DNA of 64,000 nucleotides from a virus (lineage: Duplodnaviria > Caudoviricetes): the IMG/VR virus record IMGVR_UViG_3300037761_000250, positions 1-64,000 of that record. The stretch is one strand, 5' to 3'. Under the pieces are notes generated by a model. That model did not search any database. It worked only from the letters and a program-made list of their open reading frames with translations, and was not told where the DNA came from. Both the position numbers and the translations under genes were made by a program. This document shows positions 45,982 through 54,550 of this stretch, piece after piece. Numbering within the stretch: the first letter of the stretch is position 1; the number at the start of each line of letters is the position of its first letter.

Positions 45982-46171
45982 CTAGCTTAGTTCCAATCCT
46001 TTGATTGTACCTAGCTGGCTTTAGCCGACTGTTTACTGCCAACTTACGTGATTGGCGCCAACGCTTGAACATTCGCGTTAGCTCCCAATCGGTGTATTCC
46101 TTGGAATGCTCAAGGTACCACCAGCGATCGTAGCTAGTGCCATTGAACATGGCCGGAATCGTCTTGGTCAT
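45974..46171 (-). CDS. Hypothetical protein
   Basis: ORF in operon. Confidence 0.5.
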   Translation of the reverse strand: MTKTIPAMFNGTSYDRWWYLEHSKEYTDWELTRMFKRWRQSRKLAVNSRLKPARYNQRIGTKLDA

Positions 46172-46216
46172 AGTGCTATCGATCTCCCTTTGTTAGGTTT
46201 TGGAAAGAACCATCCC

Positions 46217-46495
46217 TTATTCGACATCCGGGTAGTCTCCAATTTGAGCGTTGTAGATATTGTAGGGGCAGGTATGCCACTCGCACCTGATTGCGCCGTC
46301 ATTGTCATACAGTCTGTAAGTGTTGCCAGCGTGAATGTGGTGGCCCTTTACTGTGCTCCGCCTACGAATCTCAGTGCCTGCACGCAGAATTGCGTTTGCC
46401 ATCCTAGTACAACTCATCAGATACCGGTGGTCACAATTGCAACCCTCACGATTGTGGATCTCGGTTGCCAAGGTAATTAGCTCAGTATCATCCAT
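46217..46495 (-). CDS. Hypothetical protein
   Basis: GGAGG RBS before ATG 46495. Confidence 0.6.
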   Translation of the reverse strand: MDDTELITLATEIHNREGCNCDHRYLMSCTRMANAILRAGTEIRRRSTVKGHHIHAGNTYRLYDNDGAIRCEWHTCPYNIYNAQIGDYPDVE

Positions 46496-46531
46496 AATTT
46501 TTCCTCCTCGTATTCGACTAAGTAACCAACT

Positions 46532-46560
46532 GGGTGGTTGGGAAAAATTCCCAACCACCC
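46532..46560. terminator. Perfect 13-bp hairpin, terminator/processing site-like
   Basis: gggtggttgggaa-aaa-ttcccaaccaccc just downstream of 46582-47244; no U tract. Confidence 0.55.
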
Positions 46561-46581
46561 TATTGGCAACTTACTCGTGGT

Positions 46582-47244
46582 TCACTCGTCGTCGGCAATT
46601 TCCTCTTCCTGGCTGGAAACCCACTCCGCGTAAGCTTCCTTGGCATCCTGCCAGGTCTTGCCAACCTCTTCAAGCAATTCACCGTACCGCTTAACCTGCT
46701 TTTCCAGCTTCGCCAACCGACTGTGAGCCTTGCCAGCTCGCAGGACCCGGGCTTCGATCTGGTTGGCATCGAGCGGCCCCCGGCCAGTTCCCTCTCCGCG
46801 CTCCGGCCGGGCGTCCCAGGCCGCCATGGCGGCCTCCAGAGGGAGGACTACGCCCCCACGCACCTCAGTGCCGCTCGGCAAAACCAGCTGAGCCGAAGGG
46901 ATGGTGTGGCGCTTTGCCTGAGTGGAAATATAAACCAACTGCTCAGGCACCATGTCATTTTCGGTAGGCGTCTGCCCATTTTCGATTCGATTCTGGAAAT
47001 TCCGCTGAGTCATCGTGAACGCGAAAGTCTTCACGCTCACGTAACCTGCTGGAATTTCCGAAACGTCCTGGACGGTAATCTTGGGACGCTCCACGTCGGG
47101 AAGCTTGCGGGCACCCCGGCGCTTGCTGGTTTCCTCGACCTCTGTGGTCTCGGTCTCGGTGTTGACCTGCTCGGTCTCGGCGGCTTCCACCTGATTGGCA
47201 GTCTCCACCAGGTCATCGAACAGACCCGTGCTGGTGTTACTCAT
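46582..47244 (-). CDS. Hypothetical protein with acidic N-terminus, high GC
   Basis: AGGAG RBS; GC-rich codons; behind a consensus promoter. Confidence 0.75.
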   Translation of the reverse strand: MSNTSTGLFDDLVETANQVEAAETEQVNTETETTEVEETSKRRGARKLPDVERPKITVQDVSEIPAGYVSVKTFAFTMTQRNFQNRIENGQTPTENDMVPEQLVYISTQAKRHTIPSAQLVLPSGTEVRGGVVLPLEAAMAAWDARPERGEGTGRGPLDANQIEARVLRAGKAHSRLAKLEKQVKRYGELLEEVGKTWQDAKEAYAEWVSSQEEEIADDE

Positions 47245-47301
47245 GATCCATAATCTCCTAGCTTGTAGTTGGGTTGCTACCCGTTCGTGCTTGTCCGTTC
47301 C

Positions 47302-47330
47302 AGGATAGCAAAACCTCGCTCGGGTGTCAA
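47302..47330 (-). promoter_or_regulatory. Sigma70/HrdB-type promoter
   Basis: TTGACA-17 nt-TATCCT on minus strand upstream of 47244. Confidence 0.7.
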
Positions 47331-47665
47331 CTTCCCGAGCAAGATTTTTCTACACCGGTTGTCCATTCAAACTTTTGTGCTACTGTTTGTCCGTGATACC
47401 GACAAATCGGACATGGCTGCCCGCAGCTCAAGAATCGCGTTCAACGCGCCGGTATATGCGCGTAACGTTCTGACCGCTTGCGCCTTGCTGGTGCCTAGCA
47501 GCCTAGGAAATAGGGTGTCGTTGTAACTTCCGTCTGAATTTTTTGACCAGTAGCCAAAAAATACCATCTTCCTCAACTACTGAAACTCGGTCGGTAACAA
47601 ACCCAAGCCTATTTGCCATTTTGATGAATGTATCGAATGCATCTAAGGCTTGCTCATTCTGCAAG

Positions 47666-47857
47666 CTAAACCACACTCGCTTCGACACGCGTAATTGTGT
47701 GCCATGGGTGAATGTATTTAGTTCTCTTACTTATTAGAACCAAACCGTATGATTCAAACCTGTAACTATTGAACACGTAATCTGGTCCAATAAACATAGG
47801 TGATTGGTCCACATCTCTGTTTTCATTTGCCCATGATATGGTTAGGCTGGTTGTCAT
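47666..47857 (-). CDS. Hypothetical protein
   Basis: ATGA overlap with upstream gene. Confidence 0.55.
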   Translation of the reverse strand: MTTSLTISWANENRDVDQSPMFIGPDYVFNSYRFESYGLVLISKRTKYIHPWHTITRVEASVV

Positions 47858-48072
47858 TGCGCAGTGAACCTCTTTTCCAAGGTTCGATATCGAGCCCAGG
47901 CACCCGCTCCGGTATACCCGACCATGGCTGAGATATCTTGCCAAGTCAATCCATCACTTCTAGCATCTCGAATCAAATGGTACTCTTGGGTATCGGTCAA
48001 AGTACCCTTGAATCGCTTGGCATAAGATGGGAACAATGATCTGGTCCGGTACGACTTCGACTTACGTTGCAT
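47854..48072 (-). CDS. HTH DNA-binding protein
   Basis: ARSDGLTWQDISAMVGYTGAGAWARY. Confidence 0.65.
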   Translation of the reverse strand: MQRKSKSYRTRSLFPSYAKRFKGTLTDTQEYHLIRDARSDGLTWQDISAMVGYTGAGAWARYRTLEKRFTAQ

Positions 48073-48169
48073 CTCACTTCCATTCTTTAGGGTTAGCGCC
48101 GGATTTTGTAGCCATCCATTAGCTTTTGTTCCGACCTTAGCGATAATATCCTCGGATAACCGCCGTTTG

Positions 48170-48269
48170 TGTCCGCGTGTGGAATCGAACCACACCCACC
48201 CTGCCCAACCGTATTAGAGCGGTTGAATGCTGGGCTACGCTAAAAGTAGTATTACCTTCCAGCACGGAC
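48170..48269 (-). ncRNA. tRNA-like element (100 nt) with non-canonical D/anticodon region
   Basis: GTCCGTG/CGCGGAC acceptor-like stem, TGTGG-TTCGATT-CCACA T arm, CAACCG/CGGTTG stem with 8-nt CTCTAATA loop. Confidence 0.6.
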
Positions 48270-48273
48270 AAGA

Positions 48274-48678
48274 CTACCAATTTCCATTCTCAACTCTCGA
48301 ATCTAGAACTGCTGGAATATAAAATTCATCCGAAAGGTACAACCAACCACCGATCAATTCTGTGGATGGTGCTAGACTGTTAACTACGGAACATGTTCGT
48401 ACGTAGGTAGCTCCCGAGGAGATGAAATCGTCAACGAATAGCCAACGATTTCCTACTTTACCCTCTAGACCAGCTTTACTATGAGACGAGTCATTCGGCT
48501 TACGGACTACTGCAAACATTCTATGGCTGGCGGTTGCCATTAGTGCAGCCGCAATCGACCCACTGATACCCGTACCAATTAAGGTATCATGGTCTGGCAA
48601 ATTTGCCTGCAAATAACTCTCAATTATTTTTTGAGGGTTATCAAATAACCGTGTACTATAATGGTAGCTATTATACAT
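48274..48678 (-). CDS. Phosphoribosyltransferase-like protein
   Basis: GTGISG, VRK, FVDDFISSGAT PRPP-binding loop. Confidence 0.8.
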   Translation of the reverse strand: MYNSYHYSTRLFDNPQKIIESYLQANLPDHDTLIGTGISGSIAAALMATASHRMFAVVRKPNDSSHSKAGLEGKVGNRWLFVDDFISSGATYVRTCSVVNSLAPSTELIGGWLYLSDEFYIPAVLDSRVENGNW

Positions 48679-48705
48679 AATTTCACCTCCTGTTCGGTGT
48701 TTGTC

Positions 48706-48756
48706 TGATATTACAATACCGAACAAGTCCATGGACTTGTCCGGTATTCTCGCATC
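48706..48756 (-). promoter_or_regulatory. 51-bp hairpin/extended -10 element, copy 1
   Basis: TGATATTACAATACC-hairpin-GTATTCTCGCATC; near-identical flanks at 49186-49236. Confidence 0.6.
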
Positions 48757-49156
48757 AGGCAGCGCCAAAATAGAGGTCCCGGTCGTGGTTACCAGGACCG
48801 TGCCAGCGGGTCATACCGTCAAGCTGGTGGGGGTGGAATGGCGCCCACAGTGTCGGATTGACCCGGAGGTACTCTCTCATTTCGTGGGTGTCGATCTCGA
48901 TGATCCGCTCAGCCACGAAACGATATAGGGAAATATCATCGCAGTTTGGTCCGATCATGATATAGAAAGCCGCGTAGGGCAAATTATCCTGATCATAACC
49001 GGCGCGGGCAGCTTGCCGTGATGTTTCCTGGGCCGGATAGTCGATTCGAAGTCGAATCGCATTCTCATGCCGGTTGGTTGCATCCTCGGCAGTTATTTTC
49101 CAACCAGGCTTGTAAATCAGCTGGTTTACAAGCTGGATGGCACTCTCTACCAACAT
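48755..49156 (-). CDS. Hypothetical protein
   Basis: Y.PGW, HE.RE.LR, PFHPH motifs; AGGAG RBS. Confidence 0.7.
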   Translation of the reverse strand: MLVESAIQLVNQLIYKPGWKITAEDATNRHENAIRLRIDYPAQETSRQAARAGYDQDNLPYAAFYIMIGPNCDDISLYRFVAERIIEIDTHEMREYLRVNPTLWAPFHPHQLDGMTRWHGPGNHDRDLYFGAA

Positions 49157-49185
49157 TCTTTCTCCTGTCCGTTTGTCCGTTTAGC

Positions 49186-49236
49186 TGATACTACAATACC
49201 ATGGACAGCTAATGCTGTCCATGATATTCTCGCATC
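49186..49236 (-). promoter_or_regulatory. 51-bp hairpin/extended -10 element, copy 2
   Basis: TGATACTACAATACC-hairpin-ATATTCTCGCATC. Confidence 0.6.
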
Positions 49237-49243
49237 GGATTGT

Positions 49244-49426
49244 TCACGTCTGGTAGCCAGCGGTACGCATGAACTTTTCCCGGTCGAAGTGGTCGTTGAA
49301 CTGACCTACCGCATAGGCGAGCCGACTGGTGACGTAATCGATTGCTACCAACTCGGCAGGATCGGTGAAAGCCACCCGCGTTTCGGCAATCGCATCGGCA
49401 ATTGCCTGAAAGTGCTTTCTGGTCAT
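49244..49426 (-). CDS. Hypothetical protein
   Basis: AAGGAG RBS; MTRKHFQAIA...F..EKF...A. Confidence 0.7.
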   Translation of the reverse strand: MTRKHFQAIADAIAETRVAFTDPAELVAIDYVTSRLAYAVGQFNDHFDREKFMRTAGYQT

Positions 49427-50051
49427 CGTTTTTCTCCTTTCATATTCCGTATTCGTCCCGTAATTCCATCCAAAACAGGACGTCACTGAACCGAATAATT
49501 TGCATTCTCCGGTTACGTTTTCTGTAACCACGTCCGTCGTAAACCCACTTACGCTGTAAGAATCCGCAATGGACGCCTTCCCAGATCAGGTTTGTGCAGG
49601 TCTTAGGCACGACATCACCGGCTGCCATCATCCGGCGCACAATTGGTCTTTGATCATGCCAATCCTCATCCTGCAATTCTTGCAAAACCACGGTCCAAGC
49701 TGCACCCAATCGTAAACTAAGTAATGGAAAACGGTCCGGTGACAACGGGTGGAAGCCTCTAGGCAATCCTTCACTTGTTAACCTGACTTTCCTACTGATC
49801 GCTGCCACTAGCGGCTCTTGTGTTTCCGGTCAAGAATTCTTTGACAATTCTTGAGCGAACTACTCACTGCCACTTTCATGCAAATACAGATAGCGGCGAC
49901 TGTGAAGTCGCCGATATTTTTGTATTCCATGGTTTTCAAGTCCCGACGACTGTCCTTGGTACACTCCATAGTTTTCCCTTTCTAAACTATGTGGTCAGAC
50001 GTTCATAGCGGAATTTGGAGAGTTCCAAATACTACTAAAATCGTCTGTTCG

Positions 50052-50294
50052 TTAGTCCGGCTGGGACATCCATTCTCTGTATTCGGCATCGGTTCCGTAC
50101 ATTATCAGTGTGTCTCCAATGGCTTGTTTAGAGACGATATCTGGTTGTGCCTGATACCATCTATCGGCACCGAATGTGCAGGTTGGCATAGCTGTCATCC
50201 ATTGAATGTATTCAAACATTTCTCCGGTGATACCGCAAGTCATACACACGGTACCGTCATTCTCGGAAACCCATTTGTGGGACATATAAGTCAT
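50052..50294 (-). CDS. Hypothetical protein
   Basis: AAGGAG RBS; CMTC. Confidence 0.6.
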   Translation of the reverse strand: MTYMSHKWVSENDGTVCMTCGITGEMFEYIQWMTAMPTCTFGADRWYQAQPDIVSKQAIGDTLIMYGTDAEYREWMSQPD

Positions 50295-50354
50295 GTTTCT
50301 CCTTTTTACTCTTCACTTTTTTACAAAAACATGAAGAATCTATAAGGCTAACTA

Positions 50355-50892
50355 ATCGATGATCTTGAACTAGCTATCTTCAAGGTCATCGATGAGACAC
50401 CCCCCTCTGACCTGCGAGTATGCGGTGAATCTACGCGATCTGCTTTATTAGTAAATGAGAATCGATGATCTTGAACTAGCTATCTTAAAGATCATCTATG
50501 TGTCACCCCTTCTGACCTGCTCATATTCGGTGAATCCACGTGATCTGCTTTATTAGTAAATGAGAATTGACCACTGTCGATCACTACTTGATCTACTAGA
50601 TCAGTGGTCGTCGATTCTACGTGATCTGCTTTATTCGTAAATGAGAATGCCCTGGTCAGAGCGTTTTTGATCTCATTTACCTCTTAGAATGAAAATGAGA
50701 ATTTGCAAGATCAAAATACCTCCTGAGCTGCACATTCTCATTTTCTCTTATCTATGAGCGGATCACGTATATTTGATGGTTGTCAATTCTCATTTACTAA
50801 TATAGCAGATCACGTAGATTTGCCGAGTATGCGCAGGTCAGACCCGGTGTTCCATCGACGATCTTGAAGATAGATAGTTCAAGATCATCGAT
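50355..50892. repeat. ~105-bp unit: two direct copies, one partial, one inverted; putative replication origin
   Basis: Units 50355-50460, 50461-50565, partial 50616-50648, inverted 50785-50892; each full unit contains an internal palindrome. Confidence 0.85.
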
Positions 50893-51469
50893 GACCCGAG
50901 TGACTTTTTGCCCATTCTCCGCAAAAATCTATGCGGAGTATTGATTGAGGAGCTTTTTCTAGGTTAAATAGTCTAGAAATTGCCCGTTCCACTGACATTT
51001 CTTGCGATTGCCAGTGTCTGCCTTGTATTTGTCTATCTACTATTACCCATAGCGTTCCGGTTTTTAACCGGATGCGCATTGACGAACTAACCCGCTGAGT
51101 AAGTGACCTGGTTATTGTGGTCACTCTATTGTGGGTTGTGTTTTTGTCTGTGGGTTGCAACAGGATTTCGTAGACGACATCGAGATCTTTGGTCAACTGA
51201 CGAAAGGTCGCCAAATGTTGCATTACCTTTTCTTGTCCACAAGTTGGACAAGCGTAACAGCCACAACGCCAAAAATTGTTTTTGGTTGTTGGACAGACTT
51301 TCTTTTCTTTCACTTTTTCCTTTTCTTTCCTTTCCTTTTTCCTTTCCTTTTTCCAATTCACCCGTAGGGGTAAAGAAATTAGAGGAAATAGGAAAATTGG
51401 GAAAATTAGGAAAATTGGGAAAAATAAAGGTGGTGCGCGACTAGAAACCACCCGCCGTGACCGGGGCAT
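50885..51469 (-). CDS. Rep-like Zn-finger (CxxxxCxxC) protein with low-complexity N-terminus
   Basis: GGAGG RBS before ATG 51469; RCGCYACPTCG, LDVVYEI, ILRID shared with 18669-19349. Confidence 0.65.
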   Translation of the reverse strand: MPRSRRVVSSRAPPLFFPIFLIFPIFLFPLISLPLRVNWKKERKKERKEKEKVKEKKVCPTTKNNFWRCGCYACPTCGQEKVMQHLATFRQLTKDLDVVYEILLQPTDKNTTHNRVTTITRSLTQRVSSSMRIRLKTGTLWVIVDRQIQGRHWQSQEMSVERAISRLFNLEKAPQSILRIDFCGEWAKSHSGHR

Positions 51470-51900
51470 TTTAAGTCCCCTCCACATCCGCTGTGAAAAC
51501 CGAATCTAGCCGCTATAGAGTTGTCAAACGGTGTTGCTGGGATCGATGACTACTTGCCTATGGATGGTTTGGTTAGCGTTAGCGCCATTGTTGGTAGAGG
51601 GATATCCTGCTCGTTGCCACTCTGGGCAAGTCCACACTAGGAATCCGGATATACCGACGTAACGGTTGCCAATTCCACTTACACTCTAAGGCTATGCAGT
51701 TGTCGATCTTTTCCGCCCTATCCCGTACTGTTCGGGCGGAGTAATCGTGGCCTGTTTGTATTCCCGGTGGTTTCTCAAGCCACCTTTGGTACGGGACCAC
51801 GTTGTTAGGACAGTCAGACCTAACCTGACCGTACAATCCGCTCACTTACACTTACCCCTTATGGGCATCGGTGGGTGAACATTTGTAGTATCCCAACTAG

Positions 51901-51974
51901 GGAATACGGTGGGAGTCGAACCCGTTATTACTGCCCGAACAGTGTAGCTTTAGCCACCCCGGGAACCGTATCCC
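51901..51974 (-). ncRNA. tRNA-like element (74 nt) without anticodon loop
   Basis: 9-bp GGGATACGG/CCGTATTCC stem, GGG-TTCGACT-CCC T loop, two small hairpins. Confidence 0.5.
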
Positions 51975-52394
51975 GTTACTCATGCTAGCGTTAACTCTAT
52001 CCTAGGTTAGAGCCTGACCCGAGTAACTAAGCCAGTCTTCCGAGTAACTCTCACTACATTATCCGGAAGCTCAGTTGTCGTTGTGCCGTTTCTCCGTAAG
52101 CTTGGTATCCTTGGCACGCCACGGGCCTTCACGTTTTGCGCGTTCGGTGCCCGGAACGTTCCGCTTGATAAGCTTGCGGTTGTCGGCGTTCAGCCTACGC
52201 TTCATGCTAGCTCCGTTCGTTTTCAGTTGTGCTTGCGATTGCCAGTCTAGTTGGCTTCCGTCTGGACTGTCAACCCTGTTGACCGGTTTTCTTTATTTTG
52301 GAAAAATGAACAATTGGGACATTTTGCTGTACTGTAACGATCATGGCCAGCACAGCGGAAACCCCTCTCAGCGCCACGCTGACGGGTTGGAAAT

Positions 52395-52577
52395 TCAGAC
52401 CCTACCAGGGGTAGGGGTTTGGCTTGTGCGTCCGTCAGGTTGCGGTAGGTCGGTCCGCTGGTGCTCTGCCTGCCCGCAACGCGAGCACCATAGCTTGCCA
52501 CCGTGCTGGCGCGCCATCTCTTCCTCTCCGGTGAACGGACAGAACACAATTGCGAACTCTTGCCGATGAATTTTCAT
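52395..52577 (-). CDS. Small Zn-ribbon protein
   Basis: AAAGGTGG RBS; CPF...WCSRC..EH. Confidence 0.55.
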   Translation of the reverse strand: MKIHRQEFAIVFCPFTGEEEMARQHGGKLWCSRCGQAEHQRTDLPQPDGRTSQTPTPGRV

Positions 52578-52597
52578 ATTTCCACCTTTTTGTTTGT

Positions 52598-52937
52598 TTA
52601 TACCACTATATGGTGACTCGCCACGGATGTACAGTTTTTACAGGCTACTGCCGATAAAGTCGATAACCTTAGTTTGGAACAGTTTGATTGCTCTGTTCCA
52701 ATTGTGCGTATAGGTGCCATTGATCCATCCGCCGCAACTGAGCGATTCTTCCGTTATGGTGGCAACTACGTACTTTGTAGGTGCTTGTGTCCAGTGGTCT
52801 GGATAGATTTCTACCAGAATGACGCCAATTGTCGGACCCGTGTAGGAATGAATCACTGTGTACCCATTGAGGGTACTTGGGATTTTTAGCATGACTTGTC
52901 CGTTTCTATGTGGGCAAGTCACCATATAGTGGTATAA
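52598..52937. repeat. Inverted-repeat pair enclosing gene 52638-52892 (right array cassette 1)
   Basis: ttataccactatatggtgactcgcc (52598-52622) vs ggcaagtcaccatatagtggtataa (52913-52937); 24/25. Confidence 0.9.
52638..52892 (-). CDS. Hypothetical protein
   Basis: YVVA.I....L..GGW..G.Y motif; ACGGACAA upstream of ATG. Confidence 0.65.
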   Translation of the reverse strand: MLKIPSTLNGYTVIHSYTGPTIGVILVEIYPDHWTQAPTKYVVATITEESLSCGGWINGTYTHNWNRAIKLFQTKVIDFIGSSL

Positions 52938-52979
52938 CACTTAATTGTCTAGGCATGTGCCTACTTGTCCGGAATTGTG

Positions 52980-53186
52980 CTAGTTGCGAGGATAGACCAT
53001 TTCGCACTTTTCGCACTCTACTGTGCGGGTTTGTGCAACTGTGTCCAGATCCTCATCATTCACGTACATCATCCCGGAAACCCACGAATGAAGGCATTCG
53101 TCCGGATAATCTGGAATGTCCGGATCGTCTGGATAGCTGTTTCTGTCCTCATAGTCCATTTCGAGGAAACTGTCCAGTTCGTACAT
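52980..53186 (-). CDS. Acidic Zn-ribbon small protein
   Basis: CLH.W...CEKC; ATG 53186. Confidence 0.6.
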   Translation of the reverse strand: MYELDSFLEMDYEDRNSYPDDPDIPDYPDECLHSWVSGMMYVNDEDLDTVAQTRTVECEKCEMVYPRN

Positions 53187-53190
53187 TTTG

Positions 53191-53361
53191 CTACTTCCTG
53201 TCCAGATAGAGAACATTGTCACCGATTACCACAAATGACTGACCGGTACCGTTTCCCTGGATTTGCGCATTCCATGCGCAAAAGCCCGGACTGTCCTCAG
53301 TTGGGCAGGATGGGGCAATTGCGAACAGAATCGCAATTAGGAAGTTTAAGAAAAATTCCAT
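53191..53361 (-). CDS. Small secreted/membrane protein
   Basis: Hydrophobic N-terminus, PSCPTEDS..C.WNA..GNG.G.SF; GAGG RBS. Confidence 0.65.
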   Translation of the reverse strand: MEFFLNFLIAILFAIAPSCPTEDSPGFCAWNAQIQGNGTGQSFVVIGDNVLYLDRK

Positions 53362-53457
53362 GGTTTGTACCTCTCTGTCCGTTTTGTGTGGACAAGTAGG
53401 CGCAAACCTAGACAATTCTAGATGAATCCGGACATATGCTGCCATGTCCAATTTGTC

Positions 53458-53724
53458 TTAAAGGATCTGATCTTTCCGAACTAGGTAGGTTCTGTGTGAA
53501 TTGACCGATTCGACTAGGTATCGGTCAATTGGGATGACAAATCCATTGTGGTACTGTTCGTACGGCTTTGCGTCGAGTATCACCTTCACCCGAATTGGGA
53601 TCAATGCGTCATCTAGCATGACTTCGACCGTATCCTGGATATTTGTGCCGTAATAATCGGTTCCGTACTTTTCGCTGCATTCGCGGCAATAGCGCGGATC
53701 GTGGTCGTGTGTCCTAGTTGTCAT
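53458..53724 (-). CDS. Hypothetical protein
   Basis: H.H...C..C; ORF inside cassette. Confidence 0.6.
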   Translation of the reverse strand: MTTRTHDHDPRYCRECSEKYGTDYYGTNIQDTVEVMLDDALIPIRVKVILDAKPYEQYHNGFVIPIDRYLVESVNSHRTYLVRKDQIL

Positions 53725-53730
53725 GATTTG

Positions 53731-53976
53731 TCAGTCCGTCAACAGATTCGCGTGGAGTAGATTGGAAAGTCTGGTATGGAACCTAGTGCGTGCGATGATG
53801 TATCTGTCCGTAAACTCACAGTCGCCCAATTCGTCCCGTTCGAGACTTTTTATTGAAATGTTCCCCACGACCCATTCGTCCTTATCCTCATTGGATGCGA
53901 GGATAATACCAAATACGGGGGTAACATATGCCATGTGCACTTTGTACCCTTGGATACTATCCGGAACCTTTAGCAT
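53731..53976 (-). CDS. Hypothetical protein
   Basis: ORF inside cassette; GGACAA upstream of ATG. Confidence 0.6.
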   Translation of the reverse strand: MLKVPDSIQGYKVHMAYVTPVFGIILASNEDKDEWVVGNISIKSLERDELGDCEFTDRYIIARTRFHTRLSNLLHANLLTD

Positions 53977-54025
53977 GATTTGTCCATTCTGTTAGGACAT
54001 AGCAGCATATGACCGGATTCATCGT

Positions 54026-54548
54026 GACTTATACCGTTATAAAGTGACTCGCCTGGATTGCCTCAGATGTGGACGTTGTGCCGTTCGCGTAGTACGTCCC
54101 CATTGAGCAGAAGGTACTTTTCGCTCCATGTGCGATCAATGTACTCATTGGCCAGATTGATCGAATCGTTGTACTTTGCCCCAAGAACCTTGGAAACGAC
54201 CATTCCGTCCGTAGTTCTGTGGAATGCTCCATTTTCGGAGGTAAGTGCGCATGGCCAGGCTTCGACCATAATGCCCACAATGCCTTCACTTGGGACGATA
54301 AGGACGTCTCCGTCCTTAATGCCGTCTTCGACCTGAGTTAGGTTATATGCGTCTCTTGACCCATATGCGAAGATATGCACCTTTGGTGCGTATTGTGCTT
54401 CTTGTGCGATTCGTACTTCTCCGACGGTTAGGTCCGTTCTGCAACTTCCGTCACAGTTAGACAGGTTATCCACGCATTTGTCGGAATTGTTCATGATGAT
54501 CCCTTTGTCCGTTTTGACTAAGCGAGTCACCATATAACGGTATAAGTC
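54026..54548. repeat. Inverted-repeat pair enclosing gene 54063-54494 (right array cassette 4)
   Basis: gacttataccgttataaagtgactcgc (54026-54052) vs gcgagtcaccatataacggtataagtc (54522-54548); 25/27. Confidence 0.9.
54063..54494 (-). CDS. Hypothetical protein
   Basis: AYN.TQ....IKDGDVL.V.SE..VG....AWP.A motif. Confidence 0.7.
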   Translation of the reverse strand: MNNSDKCVDNLSNCDGSCRTDLTVGEVRIAQEAQYAPKVHIFAYGSRDAYNLTQVEDGIKDGDVLIVPSEGIVGIMVEAWPCALTSENGAFHRTTDGMVVSKVLGAKYNDSINLANEYIDRTWSEKYLLLNGDVLRERHNVHI

Positions 54549-54550
54549 TA

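Larger units (their letters stand above)
52943..53417. repeat. Inverted-repeat pair enclosing two genes (right array cassette 2)
   Basis: aattgtctaggcatgtgcctacttgtcc (52943-52970) vs ggacaagtaggcgcaaacctagacaatt (53390-53417); 25/28. Confidence 0.9.
53421..54023. repeat. Inverted-repeat pair enclosing two genes (right array cassette 3)
   Basis: gatgaatccggacatatgctgccatgtcc (53421-53449) vs ggacatagcagcatatgaccggattcatc (53995-54023); 27/29. Confidence 0.9.

Noticed and set aside
46534-47253. 239-aa plus-strand ORF
   Set aside because: Antisense shadow of the high-GC gene 46582-47244.
48170-48269. Stop-codon reassignment of the genome
   Set aside because: Long conserved genes (TerL, PolA, SNF2) are uninterrupted in the standard code, and TAG/TAA terminate many genes at tight junctions.
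50355-50892. Possible CRISPR array
   Set aside because: Units are ~105 bp, abut without unique spacers and include an inverted copy; the only Cas-like gene is a stand-alone Cas4-like exonuclease typical of phage recombination modules.
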